Shown here: piece after piece, positions 18,844 through 27,871 of the stretch
How positions within the stretch are numbered: position 1 is the first letter of the stretch
Layout: every line of letters starts with the position of its first letter
Notes under the pieces: generated by a model
What the model was told of the DNA's origin: nothing
Database searches by the model: none
The model's input: the letters and a program-made list of their open reading frames with translations, nothing else
Made by a program: the position numbers and the translations under genes
Origin: Minisyncoccota bacterium
GTDB lineage: Bacteria > Patescibacteriota > Minisyncoccia > Phycocordibacterales > CALRHW01
Assembly: GCA_046350795.1 (NCBI GenBank)
Contig: JAXLZT010000001.1
Span: 80,468 to 144,467, forward strand
Reading direction: 5' to 3'
DNA: 64,000 bases

Positions 18844-19098
18844 TTACGCCGCTTCTTGCACGACTTTAAAATGTTTATCCTTTGAAATAGGAGCTGTCTC
18901 CTCTATCACTACTTTGTCTCCAATCTTTTTTGTATTACCAGCATCGTGAGCTTTGTACTTTTTGTGTATATGAATATATTTGTGATACTTTGGATGTTTT
19001 TCGTATCGAGCTACACGCACAGTCACAGTATCCTTCATCTTGTCTGAAGTTACTATTCCTGTAAGTGTTCTTTTTGTTTTTTCTACTTTCTTTTCCAT
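18844..19098 (-). CDS. rpsQ: 30S ribosomal protein S17 (uS17)
   Basis: TLTGIVTSDKMKDTVTVRVARYEKHPKYHKYI. Confidence 0.92.
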   Translation of the reverse strand: MEKKVEKTKRTLTGIVTSDKMKDTVTVRVARYEKHPKYHKYIHIHKKYKAHDAGNTKKIGDKVVIEETAPISKDKHFKVVQEAA

Positions 19099-19121
19099 GT
19101 TTTTGTTTGTAGCTGTTTTGT

Positions 19122-19346
19122 TTAAGCTTTTTTGCTTAGTACAGAAAGCTCAGTCATGATACGCGCTATGTCTTTCTTTAGCTCTCGGCCTTCTTTTACG
19201 TTTCTGATCTTGCTTCCAGAAATACCAAAACGGAAATTCTTTAAAGCCACCCTCTTGTCGTAGAGTGCTTTTTGTAGATCTTTTTCTGTTTTGTTTTTAA
19301 ATTCTGACATAACGTTGTATACTATCTTTTTTTTGATTTTAGTCAA
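19122..19346 (-). CDS. rpmC: 50S ribosomal protein L29 (uL29)
   Basis: helical protein with KTEKDLQKALYDKRVALKNFRF; true start may be MSEF at 19310. Confidence 0.85.
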   Translation of the reverse strand: MTKIKKKIVYNVMSEFKNKTEKDLQKALYDKRVALKNFRFGISGSKIRNVKEGRELKKDIARIMTELSVLSKKA

Positions 19347-19349
19347 ACT

Positions 19350-19775
19350 TTAAGCCATTTCTCGGGCTATCACCTTTGATTTAAGTGGTAGCTTTGTACC
19401 CGCCTTTCGCAAAGCCTCGCGAGCTGTAGCCTCATCTACTCCGTCTACTTCAAAGACCACTCGTCCTGGCTTTACAGGTACCTGATATCCCTGAGGATCT
19501 CCCTTTCCTTTTCCAAGCTTTACTTCAGCTGGCTTTGATGTAAATGGCATGTCTGGGAAAACGCGAATCCAGATACGGCCGTTTTTACCGAGAGCTTTTG
19601 AAAGCGCCTTTCGAGCAGCTTCTAGCTGATTTGAACGCACTCGCTCATATGTAAGAGCCTTTAGTCCAAAAGATCCAAAAGAGATTTTTGTACCACGAGT
19701 AGCCACGCCGATTTTTTTCGGGTTTTCACGGAAGGTATGCCACTTTCGATATTTTACTTTTTTAGGGACTAACAT
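19350..19775 (-). CDS. rplP: 50S ribosomal protein L16 (uL16)
   Basis: MLVPKKVKYRKWH...RIWIRVFPD... Confidence 0.93.
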   Translation of the reverse strand: MLVPKKVKYRKWHTFRENPKKIGVATRGTKISFGSFGLKALTYERVRSNQLEAARKALSKALGKNGRIWIRVFPDMPFTSKPAEVKLGKGKGDPQGYQVPVKPGRVVFEVDGVDEATAREALRKAGTKLPLKSKVIAREMA

Positions 19776-19789
19776 GGTGTTTATTTAAA

Positions 19790-20461
19790 TTATGCTTTCT
19801 TTATATCCTTTGCGAAAATATCGCCTTTGTAAATCCAAGTCTTGATACCTATTTTTCCGTAAGGCAAATAAGCTTCGTATTTACAAAAATCTACATCAGC
19901 ACGCAAAGTCTGTAGAGGGATGCGTCCTTTTTTAAGCTTTTCTGTACGTGACATTTCAGCTCCACCTAGACGACCTGATAGCTCTATTTTTACTCCAAGC
20001 ACCTCACGATTTGCCATGACTTTTTCTACCATTTGCTTCATGACTCGGCGGAAAGGCATTCTTTTTTCTAGACCCTCAGATACCATTTGAGCTACGATGA
20101 CAGCGTTTGATTCTGGGTATCGGATTTCTTTGATGTCTATTTTTAGATCTTCTTTTACTTCAAGACCTTTTTTAGCAAGCATTGAAAGAAGGTCAGCGCG
20201 TAGCTTTGTCATTCCCTCTCCATTTCGGCCGATGATAGCTCCCGGTCGTGAACTCTCGATAATGATGCGTAGAGTCTTTGAACCTCGCTCAATGTCTATG
20301 CCACTCACAAACATTCCTCGGAGTTTCTTTTCTAGATATTCTCGAATAGTAATATCACTCTTTAGAAATTTTTTGTATTGTGTTCCCACACCAAACCAGC
20401 GAGATTTCCAATCTTTTATTATTCCTAGTCTATGTGCATATGGATGGACTCTGTGTGACAT
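19790..20461 (-). CDS. rpsC: 30S ribosomal protein S3 (uS3)
   Basis: MSHRVHPYAHRLGIIKDWKSRWF, KH domain. Confidence 0.93.
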   Translation of the reverse strand: MSHRVHPYAHRLGIIKDWKSRWFGVGTQYKKFLKSDITIREYLEKKLRGMFVSGIDIERGSKTLRIIIESSRPGAIIGRNGEGMTKLRADLLSMLAKKGLEVKEDLKIDIKEIRYPESNAVIVAQMVSEGLEKRMPFRRVMKQMVEKVMANREVLGVKIELSGRLGGAEMSRTEKLKKGRIPLQTLRADVDFCKYEAYLPYGKIGIKTWIYKGDIFAKDIKKA

Positions 20462-20467
20462 ATTATT

Positions 20468-20866
20468 TTATTTTTTTACGGCCTTAGCCTTTACTGGCTT
20501 TGGTTTTGAAACTTTTTCTACTTTTTCTTTAGCCATTTTTTCTCCAAGTACCACTACTACCTTGCTAGTGCGCTTTCGCATAGGAAAAGCTCGGCCTCGT
20601 GCCATAGGTAGAGATCGGTAAAGAATAGCACCACCGTTTACTGTGACAGATTTTACTACTAGATTTTCTACATCTAGATTTAGGTTTTTTGCATTTGAAA
20701 GTGCAGATCGCAAAAGCTTTTCGATAGGAAGAGCTGCTTTTTTGTCTGCAAACTGAAGAGCAGATATGGCTTGCTCTACTTTTTTTCCTCTAACGAGGTC
20801 TGCTACGAGACGAACCTTTCTCGGAGATTGTCGGTAGTTATTGAGTTGTGCTGTAGCAGTGTTCAT
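20468..20866 (-). CDS. rplV: 50S ribosomal protein L22 (uL22)
   Basis: SPRKVRLVADLVRGKKVEQA...GAILYRSLPMARGRAFPMRKRTS. Confidence 0.92.
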   Translation of the reverse strand: MNTATAQLNNYRQSPRKVRLVADLVRGKKVEQAISALQFADKKAALPIEKLLRSALSNAKNLNLDVENLVVKSVTVNGGAILYRSLPMARGRAFPMRKRTSKVVVVLGEKMAKEKVEKVSKPKPVKAKAVKK

Positions 20867-20874
20867 ATATAAAT

Positions 20875-21228
20875 TTATTTCTTAGCGCCTGCGCCTGCAG
20901 TAGTAGCAGCCTTTGCTGATTGTGCAGCAGCAATCTCGCTTTCCTTCTTTTTAATTTCAAGGTCTTTCTGCATCTTTCCACCGTGCTTAATAAACTTTCG
21001 AGTAGGAGAAAATTCACCGAGTCTGTGACCTACCATGTCTTCTGTAACAAGCACTTCTATGTGCTCTCGGCCGTTGTGAACCCCAAACACGAAACCAACC
21101 ATTTCTGGCGCTATTTGACTATCACGAGCCCAAGTCTTTATAACCCCAGTTTCTAGGGGTTTTTTGCCCTCAATTTTTTTGAGAAGCTTTTCGTAGACGT
21201 ATGGACCTTTTTTAAGTGATCGTGTCAT
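20875..21228 (-). CDS. rpsS: 30S ribosomal protein S19 (uS19) with Ala-rich C-terminal tail
   Basis: [11 protein letters not shown]...[36 protein letters not shown]. Confidence 0.92.
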   Translation of the reverse strand: MTRSLKKGPYVYEKLLKKIEGKKPLETGVIKTWARDSQIAPEMVGFVFGVHNGREHIEVLVTEDMVGHRLGEFSPTRKFIKHGGKMQKDLEIKKKESEIAAAQSAKAATTAGAGAKK

Positions 21229-21324
21229 TTTTTAAATATTTTTTGACGGATATAAACAAAAACAGCACCAAGCTGCGTATGCACCATAATAGCCAAAAGG
21301 GCTATAATAGTCAATCGCTAAACC

Positions 21325-22164
21325 TTATTTCTTCCCCACCTTTCGACGGCTAACAATAAGTCGATTTGAGTACTTCTTTGGAGTACGTGACTTTTGTCCC
21401 TTGCCTGTAGGCTTGCCCCAACGGCTCTTTGCACGTCGTGTACCTCGTCCTTGTCGTCCTTCTCCTCCACCGTATGGATGATCCACAGGGTTCATGGCTG
21501 TACCACGAACAGTAGGACGGATACCAAGCCATCGGCTTCGGCCAGCTTTTCCGATATTTACAAGGCGATTTTCATCATTTGATACTTCACCTACAGTAGC
21601 CCAAGCAGTCTCAGGCATCTTTCGCACTTCTGTAGAAGGCATCTTGATATCTACATATCCAGCGTCTTTTGCTACTACTTCTGCAAAACTTCCAGCAGAT
21701 CGAACGAGCTTTGCTCCACCCTTTGGCTTGATTTCAATATTGTATACAAATGTTCCTACAGTAATGTTGCGTAGTGAAAGACGATTACCCGGCTTGATGT
21801 CTGCCTTATCTGAGTTGATGAGAGTATCGCCTACTTTTACACCCTTTGGCAAAAGCACATATCGCTTTTCACCATCTTTGTAGAAAACAAGACCGATAAA
21901 ACCAGAACGATTTGGATCATACTCTACAGTCTTTACAGTGTAAGGAATGTCTATTTTTTCTAAAGTAAAATCAATCTCTCGATAAAGGCGCTTGTGTCCA
22001 CCTCCTTTGTGACGAGTAGTGATACGTCCGCGGTTGTTGCGTCCGACAGCTCGAGTAAAACCATGAGTTAAAGATTTCTCAGGAGTGCTAGTAGTAATGA
22101 CATTGCTGTATGCAATACCTGTCATTCCGCGACGTGATGGTGATGTTGGTTTATATCTTTTCAT
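21325..22164 (-). CDS. rplB: 50S ribosomal protein L2 (uL2)
   Basis: GGGHKRLYR..., ...GRNNRGRITTRHKGGG. Confidence 0.94.
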   Translation of the reverse strand: MKRYKPTSPSRRGMTGIAYSNVITTSTPEKSLTHGFTRAVGRNNRGRITTRHKGGGHKRLYREIDFTLEKIDIPYTVKTVEYDPNRSGFIGLVFYKDGEKRYVLLPKGVKVGDTLINSDKADIKPGNRLSLRNITVGTFVYNIEIKPKGGAKLVRSAGSFAEVVAKDAGYVDIKMPSTEVRKMPETAWATVGEVSNDENRLVNIGKAGRSRWLGIRPTVRGTAMNPVDHPYGGGEGRQGRGTRRAKSRWGKPTGKGQKSRTPKKYSNRLIVSRRKVGKK

Positions 22165-22182
22165 GGTTTTATTTATGCAGGA

Positions 22183-22461
22183 TTAAATTATTTCAATCTT
22201 GTCTCCTGCCTTTAGATAAACATAGGCTTTTTTGATAGCCGCTTTTTTGCCGACTTTTCCTCGGACAAACACTTTCTTTGCTGGGGTCTTTGTGATGTTT
22301 ACAGATATTGGATGCACTTTGTAGTTTTCAAAAATAGCGTTTGCCACATCTGTTTTGTTTGCCTTTGCATCAATCTCAAAAACATATGCATTCTTTTCAT
22401 TTTGCACTGTAGCTTTTTCTGTAATTCTCGGTCGGAGAAGTGTTGTTGTAGAGTTTTTCAT
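22183..22461 (-). CDS. rplW: 50S ribosomal protein L23 (uL23)
   Basis: LLRPRITEKAT...YVFEIDAKANKTDV. Confidence 0.9.
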   Translation of the reverse strand: MKNSTTTLLRPRITEKATVQNEKNAYVFEIDAKANKTDVANAIFENYKVHPISVNITKTPAKKVFVRGKVGKKAAIKKAYVYLKAGDKIEII

Positions 22462-22462
22462 A

Positions 22463-23221
22463 TTATTTCTTTGCTACTGTTTTCTTTTTTGGCGCAGGCT
22501 TAGCCTTTGTCGCTTTAGCTACTTTTGGCTTTGACGGTGCCTTTTCTTTTACCTCTCCCACAACTTCTGTACGAGAAATAGCTCGTAGAGACGTCTCTGG
22601 ATCTACGATGACTACATATTTTGTATTTACGAGCTGCACTGGATTTATATTTCGTGCCTCACTCATTTCTATATTTGAAAAATTACGGAAACTTTTTTCT
22701 GTAGCAGAATCTTTTTTTGAAAGCGCGATAGTCGCTGCGTTGTTTTTCTTATTTGAAATTGCCTCAAAACCTTTGACAGTGGCAAAAGCATTTAGAACTG
22801 TTTTTGCTTCTGCTGTCTTTGGCGCATTAAATGAAAGTGAATCTATGAAAAGTACTTCGCCATCCTTAAACTTTCGAGAAAGTATAGTAAAGAGAGCCTT
22901 CGCCTTCATCTTTTTATTTATCTTTCGATCAAAGTTTTTGTCATTGCGAGGACCATGTGTGACTCCTCCACCCACCCATATAGGAGAACGTGTAGAACCA
23001 TGTCGAGCACGACCAGTACCTTTTTGCTGCCAAGGCTTTTTTCCTCCTCCACGTACATCACCTCGCATTTTTGTATGAGCTATAGGACTACGAGCACTAG
23101 AAGTCATAGAAGTAACAACCTGATGCACTAAATCAGAATTCCATTTTAAGCCAAAAACACTCTCTGGAAGTGTGATGCTTCCTGTCTCTTTGCCTTTTTG
23201 GTTGTATACTTTTGCTTCCAT
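22463..23221 (-). CDS. rplD: 50S ribosomal protein L4 (uL4) with Lys/Ala-rich C-terminal extension
   Basis: KKPWQQKGTGRARHGSTRSPIWVGGGVTHGP. Confidence 0.92.
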   Translation of the reverse strand: MEAKVYNQKGKETGSITLPESVFGLKWNSDLVHQVVTSMTSSARSPIAHTKMRGDVRGGGKKPWQQKGTGRARHGSTRSPIWVGGGVTHGPRNDKNFDRKINKKMKAKALFTILSRKFKDGEVLFIDSLSFNAPKTAEAKTVLNAFATVKGFEAISNKKNNAATIALSKKDSATEKSFRNFSNIEMSEARNINPVQLVNTKYVVIVDPETSLRAISRTEVVGEVKEKAPSKPKVAKATKAKPAPKKKTVAKK

Positions 23222-23239
23222 TTTAAATTTCTAAATTTA

Positions 23240-23857
23240 TTACATTCCAAACACCTCTACTACAGTGCCACGTCGTCCTGGAATAGATCCACTGATTAAA
23301 ATCTGATTGTTGGCTGTGTCTACATCTACAATCTTTAGATTTTTTGTAGTCATACGATCACCACCCATGCGTCCGGCCATGCGCATATTTTTTGGCACAC
23401 GTCCTCCGTTGCGCACTCCTCCAGAAATACTTCCAGGCTCTCGCTCTGAATGCTTTTGTCCGTGACTTCGTGGGCCTCCACCGAAACCATGTCGCTTGAC
23501 CACACCCTGGAAGCCTTTTCCTTTTGAAACAGAAGAAACAACAACAGCATCCCCCGCTACAAAAGCGCCTACATCTATCTTGTCACCCACCTTTATTGTG
23601 ATGTCACCGCTCTTTACCCGAAATTCTTTTGTATGAGCAAAATTGCCTAGATTTTTGAAATGTCCCTTTTGAGCTTTAGCAATGTTGCTTTCTTTTCGCT
23701 CTCCAAAACCTACCTGCACAGCCTTGTATCCATCCTTTCCACCATCTTTCACCTGAGTTACTACCACAGGTCCGGCATCAATAACAGTCACAGGAACAAC
23801 CTCGCCTTTGGCGTTGAAGATTTGTGACATATTTACCTTTTTTCCAAGAATGAATTT
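23240..23857 (-). CDS. rplC: 50S ribosomal protein L3 (uL3)
   Basis: GKKVNMSQIF...QVGFGERKESN..., FQGVVKRHGFGGGPRSHGQ; start at MKFILG. Confidence 0.92.
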   Translation of the reverse strand, partial: KFILGKKVNMSQIFNAKGEVVPVTVIDAGPVVVTQVKDGGKDGYKAVQVGFGERKESNIAKAQKGHFKNLGNFAHTKEFRVKSGDITIKVGDKIDVGAFVAGDAVVVSSVSKGKGFQGVVKRHGFGGGPRSHGQKHSEREPGSISGGVRNGGRVPKNMRMAGRMGGDRMTTKNLKIVDVDTANNQILISGSIPGRRGTVVEVFGM

Positions 23858-23938
23858 CATGCTAATACTGTTTGTTTTACAGAGTATATTAAGGCTCAAG
23901 GCAGGCTCTCACCCGCCTATTGAAGCCCCATACTACCC

Positions 23939-24298
23939 TTACATTATCTTTACGTCAATGTTTACACCCGATGGCAGACTCAAGTTGGTCAAAGATTCAA
24001 TAATCTTTGGACTTGGGTTTAAAATATCGATGAGTCTCTTGTGGATTCTCATTTCAAACTGTTCTCGTGCATTTTTGTACACGAACGCAGCTCTGTTTAC
24101 TGTGTACTTCTTTATCTCTGTTGGAAGAGGAATAGGACCAAGTACTTTTGCATCATATCTGATAGCAGTGTCGATGATTTGCTTTACAGAAATGTCTAGC
24201 ACTTTGTATTCATATGCTTGCACACGAATACGAAGCTTTTGAATGACATCTCCGTCTGCTTTCTTTGGCGATTTTTTTGTTGCTGTTGCTTTGGTCAT
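23939..24298 (-). CDS. rpsJ: 30S ribosomal protein S10 (uS10)
   Basis: KLRIRVQAYEYKVLD...GPIPLPT...FEMRIHKRLIDI. Confidence 0.92.
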   Translation of the reverse strand: MTKATATKKSPKKADGDVIQKLRIRVQAYEYKVLDISVKQIIDTAIRYDAKVLGPIPLPTEIKKYTVNRAAFVYKNAREQFEMRIHKRLIDILNPSPKIIESLTNLSLPSGVNIDVKIM

Positions 24299-24337
24299 AT
24301 TTTTAAAGTACTAGATTTTTGCGTGTGTTGCTTTTGA

Positions 24338-25537
24338 CTATGCAATGATCTTTGTAACAACTCCCGCACCCACTGTCTTGCCTCCTTCTCGAATAGCAAA
24401 GTTTTGTTTTTCCTCAAGAGCAACTGGCGCTACAAGCTTTACCTTGAAAGTCACTGTATCTCCAGGCATAACCATTTCTACTCCCTCTTTTAGAGTCACA
24501 TCTCCTGTAACGTCTGTTGTACGGATGTAAAATTGTGGCTTGTATCCTGAGAAGAATGGAGTATGTCGTCCACCTTCTTCTTTCTTTAGAATGTAAACTT
24601 CTGCTTCGAAATCAGTGTGAGGAGTCACAGATCCTGGCTTTGCTAGCACCTGTCCTCGAGAGATATCTTCTTTCTTTAGACCTCGCACTAGAATACCGGC
24701 GTTGTCTCCAGCCATACCTTCTGATAGAGATTTGTTGAACATTTCAATACCAGTCACCACTGTCTTTGCAGCAGCCTTTAGACCAATAACCTCAACTTCT
24801 TCACCTACCTTGATGCGTCCTCGCTCAATACGACCTGTAACCACTGTTCCACGGCCTTCGATAGAGAAGATGTCTTCTACTGGCATAAGGAAAGGTTTTT
24901 CTAGATCACGCTCTGGGATTGGTACATATGTATCAAGAGCGTTTGCGAGCTCAAGAATCTTTTGTGCCCATTCATCTGAGTTGTCCTTTGACTCAAGAGC
25001 CTTTAGACCAGAACCTCGAATAATAGGAGTATTTGCTCCATCGTAACCATTCTTTGTAAGGAGCTCTCGCACCTCTTCTTCCACAAGGTCAATAAGCTCT
25101 TTATCAGGCACCATATCACACTTGTTTAGGAACACGAGGATTTTTGGCACACCGATTTGATGAGCTAGGAGTACGTGCTCACGAGTTTGTGGCATCACAC
25201 CGTCAGTAGCAGCTACCACGATAATAGCGCCGTCCATTTGAGCAGCACCAGTAATCATGTTTTTGATGTAGTCGGCATGTCCAGGAGCATCAATATGAGC
25301 ATAATGACGAGTAGGAGTCTCGTATTCATTGTGAGAAAGGGCAATAGTAATTCCACGAGCCTTTTCTTCAGGCGCCTTATCAATACCGTCGATACCGACG
25401 ATCTTTGCACTATAGCCATTACCCTGTCGTCCAAGGACTGAAAGGATAGCCGCTGTCAAAGTTGTTTTACCATGATCCACGTGTCCGATTGTTCCTACGT
25501 TCACGTGTGGTTTTGATCGATCAAATTCTCCTGCCAT
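24338..25537 (-). CDS. tuf: elongation factor Tu
   Basis: [29 protein letters not shown], full-length EF-Tu. Confidence 0.97.
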   Translation of the reverse strand: MAGEFDRSKPHVNVGTIGHVDHGKTTLTAAILSVLGRQGNGYSAKIVGIDGIDKAPEEKARGITIALSHNEYETPTRHYAHIDAPGHADYIKNMITGAAQMDGAIIVVAATDGVMPQTREHVLLAHQIGVPKILVFLNKCDMVPDKELIDLVEEEVRELLTKNGYDGANTPIIRGSGLKALESKDNSDEWAQKILELANALDTYVPIPERDLEKPFLMPVEDIFSIEGRGTVVTGRIERGRIKVGEEVEVIGLKAAAKTVVTGIEMFNKSLSEGMAGDNAGILVRGLKKEDISRGQVLAKPGSVTPHTDFEAEVYILKKEEGGRHTPFFSGYKPQFYIRTTDVTGDVTLKEGVEMVMPGDTVTFKVKLVAPVALEEKQNFAIREGGKTVGAGVVTKIIA

Positions 25538-25680
25538 ATTTTTATAAAATTAATTTTTAATAAATAATTATTTTATGCCCTATTTTGCTAGTGTTTTTGT
25601 CGGATTTTTAAAAACCCAAAAACAAAAACGGCGCAAAAAGCGATAACGCTCATATTAACAAACGCCTTGCAATAGTCAAG

Positions 25681-26805
25681 TTATTTTTTACTACCGTCTG
25701 GATAGAAAAACTCTGGTATGGTTTTATGGAAATCTCGCTTTGATTCGTAAGTGAGGCATGCCCACAAAACAGGTCCTTTTTTATTTATACATGACTCAAT
25801 CATCTCCTTTACCTCCGGAAAATCATTACCATAATAATCAGTGTAAGGACTAATAGCTACGCGTTGTCCTTCAAAATCTAAAAAGTTGCCATGCTCATCT
25901 AAACCGCGCAAATACTGTGTGTATGGGTACGCTTTATATAATTTATCGCGTAGTGGCAAATGTGGTGGCACTTGGTCAAATGGCCCATCAAAATAATTGT
26001 TTGCCATGATACTGTAAGCATCAACCCCTATCAATATCTTCCTTCGTGTATCTTCATCGTTCCAATAAATAAATTTTGTCCTATCACCCAGCAAAAGATG
26101 CTCACCTAAATCAGTAAGTGTCTCTGTAATAGGATAATCTTCATTTACAACATAATAAAAACTCTTTGTCGTATTATTAAAAATTAAAAAAAATCTAATA
26201 GCGGACTCGTCTTGTATATTTGCCACAAACTCCTCATCTGGTAAGAGAGAAAAACTATTAGGTAAATTTGTGTCCTGTGATGGTAGATGGAAAAAGACCG
26301 TTTTGCCAGCATAAGATAACTTTACAAGTTTTTCAGAGATCATTTTTACATCTAAACCATCTTTTTGCGATAAAACAGTATACTGAAACTGTAGTGTATC
26401 CTCTGTATTAAAATATGCGAAAGACAATAAACCAGTCTCGATATCCGCAAACCTCAGATTACCAGCAAGTGATATTGATGGGATAGAAAAATAATAATAC
26501 CTTTCGGTTGGATATACGATAGCGTAATAAGGTAGTTTTTTCCAAACATAATCAAAAACATTCTTAGGATTAGACAAATCAAGCTCTTCAGAAAAGCTAC
26601 CGTTAAAAAAATTATTTAACCTAGCTGAATAATTTGATAGACCAAACAATAAGAAATCACTCTTTGAATAAGATTTAAAACTTCTAAATAGTTCTTCCTG
26701 AAATCGTTGATTGAACGAGATATTATTACTCTTAAATGGGACGTTGAAAGATAAAACAATAGTTAAAAAAATAACAACACCAAGCAATACTAGAGATTTT
26801 TTCAT
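25681..26805 (-). CDS. hypothetical signal-anchored extracytoplasmic protein (inserted between tuf and fusA)
   Basis: N-terminal hydrophobic anchor LVLLGVVIFLTIVL, Tyr/Phe-rich 374-aa body, no recognised motif. Confidence 0.6.
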   Translation of the reverse strand: MKKSLVLLGVVIFLTIVLSFNVPFKSNNISFNQRFQEELFRSFKSYSKSDFLLFGLSNYSARLNNFFNGSFSEELDLSNPKNVFDYVWKKLPYYAIVYPTERYYYFSIPSISLAGNLRFADIETGLLSFAYFNTEDTLQFQYTVLSQKDGLDVKMISEKLVKLSYAGKTVFFHLPSQDTNLPNSFSLLPDEEFVANIQDESAIRFFLIFNNTTKSFYYVVNEDYPITETLTDLGEHLLLGDRTKFIYWNDEDTRRKILIGVDAYSIMANNYFDGPFDQVPPHLPLRDKLYKAYPYTQYLRGLDEHGNFLDFEGQRVAISPYTDYYGNDFPEVKEMIESCINKKGPVLWACLTYESKRDFHKTIPEFFYPDGSKK

Positions 26806-26822
26806 AATTTAAACTAAAGCCT

Positions 26823-27854
26823 CTATCTGCTTGTACTAGGAGTAACTATCCCTGAAGCCGGCTTGCCTCCCAAAGAAACATTGTATAAATGATCAATCGA
26901 CATAGACGAACTTATAGTAGCACTGTGGTTTGGTGGCCATGTTTGACTATGCTGAAAGCTATGTGTCGGTGGCCAAGACTGACTAGTATTAACGGCGTGC
27001 TGAGAATAATCAGAACTAGTAGTCTTATCATGATTTGGTGGCCAAGAAGGACTAGTCATTGGCATGTGGCTTGGTGGCCAAGTGAGACTTGTATCTGTTT
27101 TATGATTTGGTGGCCACGGTAGTGGTAAAGGAGGATATTGATACTGACTACTCCATGCAGTCTTATGATTTGGTGGCCAATCCTTACTGTAATAAAGATT
27201 ATGTCCAGCCGGCCAAGTAGCACTTAATGCTGTATTATGAGAAACCCACGTATTACTAGGATACGCCTGATGACCAGTAGGCCACAAACTACTCATAGCG
27301 AAAGAGTGATTTTTTGGCCAATTTTTACTTAGATCTACACTGTGATTATTCTCGGTCCATGTTTTACTAAAAGAATACTCATGATTTGGCAACCAAGTTT
27401 TACTTAGAGTATAAGAATGGTTGAAAGGCATTGGCCAACCTTTACTTATAGAAAAACCGTGATTAGCTGGCCAAGATGAGCTGTCGGCAAGAGAGTGGTT
27501 GTTTTGATTCCAAACCTTACTTACACTTAAATTGTGATTTGGTGGCCATGTCCAGCTTGTATTTACAGAATGATTGGTCCAAGTAGTACTCACCTGAGAA
27601 CCATGACCTGGTGGCCATGTTCTGCTTATTGATTGAGAATGTTCTGGTTGGATTGTGCCTTCTGCAGACAGAGTGGTTTGTGAAGAAGGGCCACTTTTTA
27701 CAATAGTCGTTCCAGCTGAGACAGAAGCTAAGCTTTCGTAATTATCAGAAGAAAAAAAGCCCTCACCATCATCTCTAAATAGAAAGAATATGTTCCAAAT
27801 TATAAATAATAATAAAACAACATCAATAACGTTTCTTGTTTTTTTACTAACCAT
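26823..27854 (-). CDS. membrane-anchored protein composed of ~18 tandem ~12-aa W-P-P-N-H repeats
   Basis: N-terminal TM VIDVVLLLFIIWNIFFLF then repeats such as TWPPGHGSQVST / WPPNHNLSVSK / SWPANHGFSISK / TWLPNHEYSFSK / WPPNHKTDTSL / WPPTHSFQHSQT / WPPNHSATISS seen in translation. Confidence 0.7.
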   Translation of the reverse strand: MVSKKTRNVIDVVLLLFIIWNIFFLFRDDGEGFFSSDNYESLASVSAGTTIVKSGPSSQTTLSAEGTIQPEHSQSISRTWPPGHGSQVSTTWTNHSVNTSWTWPPNHNLSVSKVWNQNNHSLADSSSWPANHGFSISKGWPMPFNHSYTLSKTWLPNHEYSFSKTWTENNHSVDLSKNWPKNHSFAMSSLWPTGHQAYPSNTWVSHNTALSATWPAGHNLYYSKDWPPNHKTAWSSQYQYPPLPLPWPPNHKTDTSLTWPPSHMPMTSPSWPPNHDKTTSSDYSQHAVNTSQSWPPTHSFQHSQTWPPNHSATISSSMSIDHLYNVSLGGKPASGIVTPSTSR

Positions 27855-27871
27855 ATGCCCTAAGTATAGGA

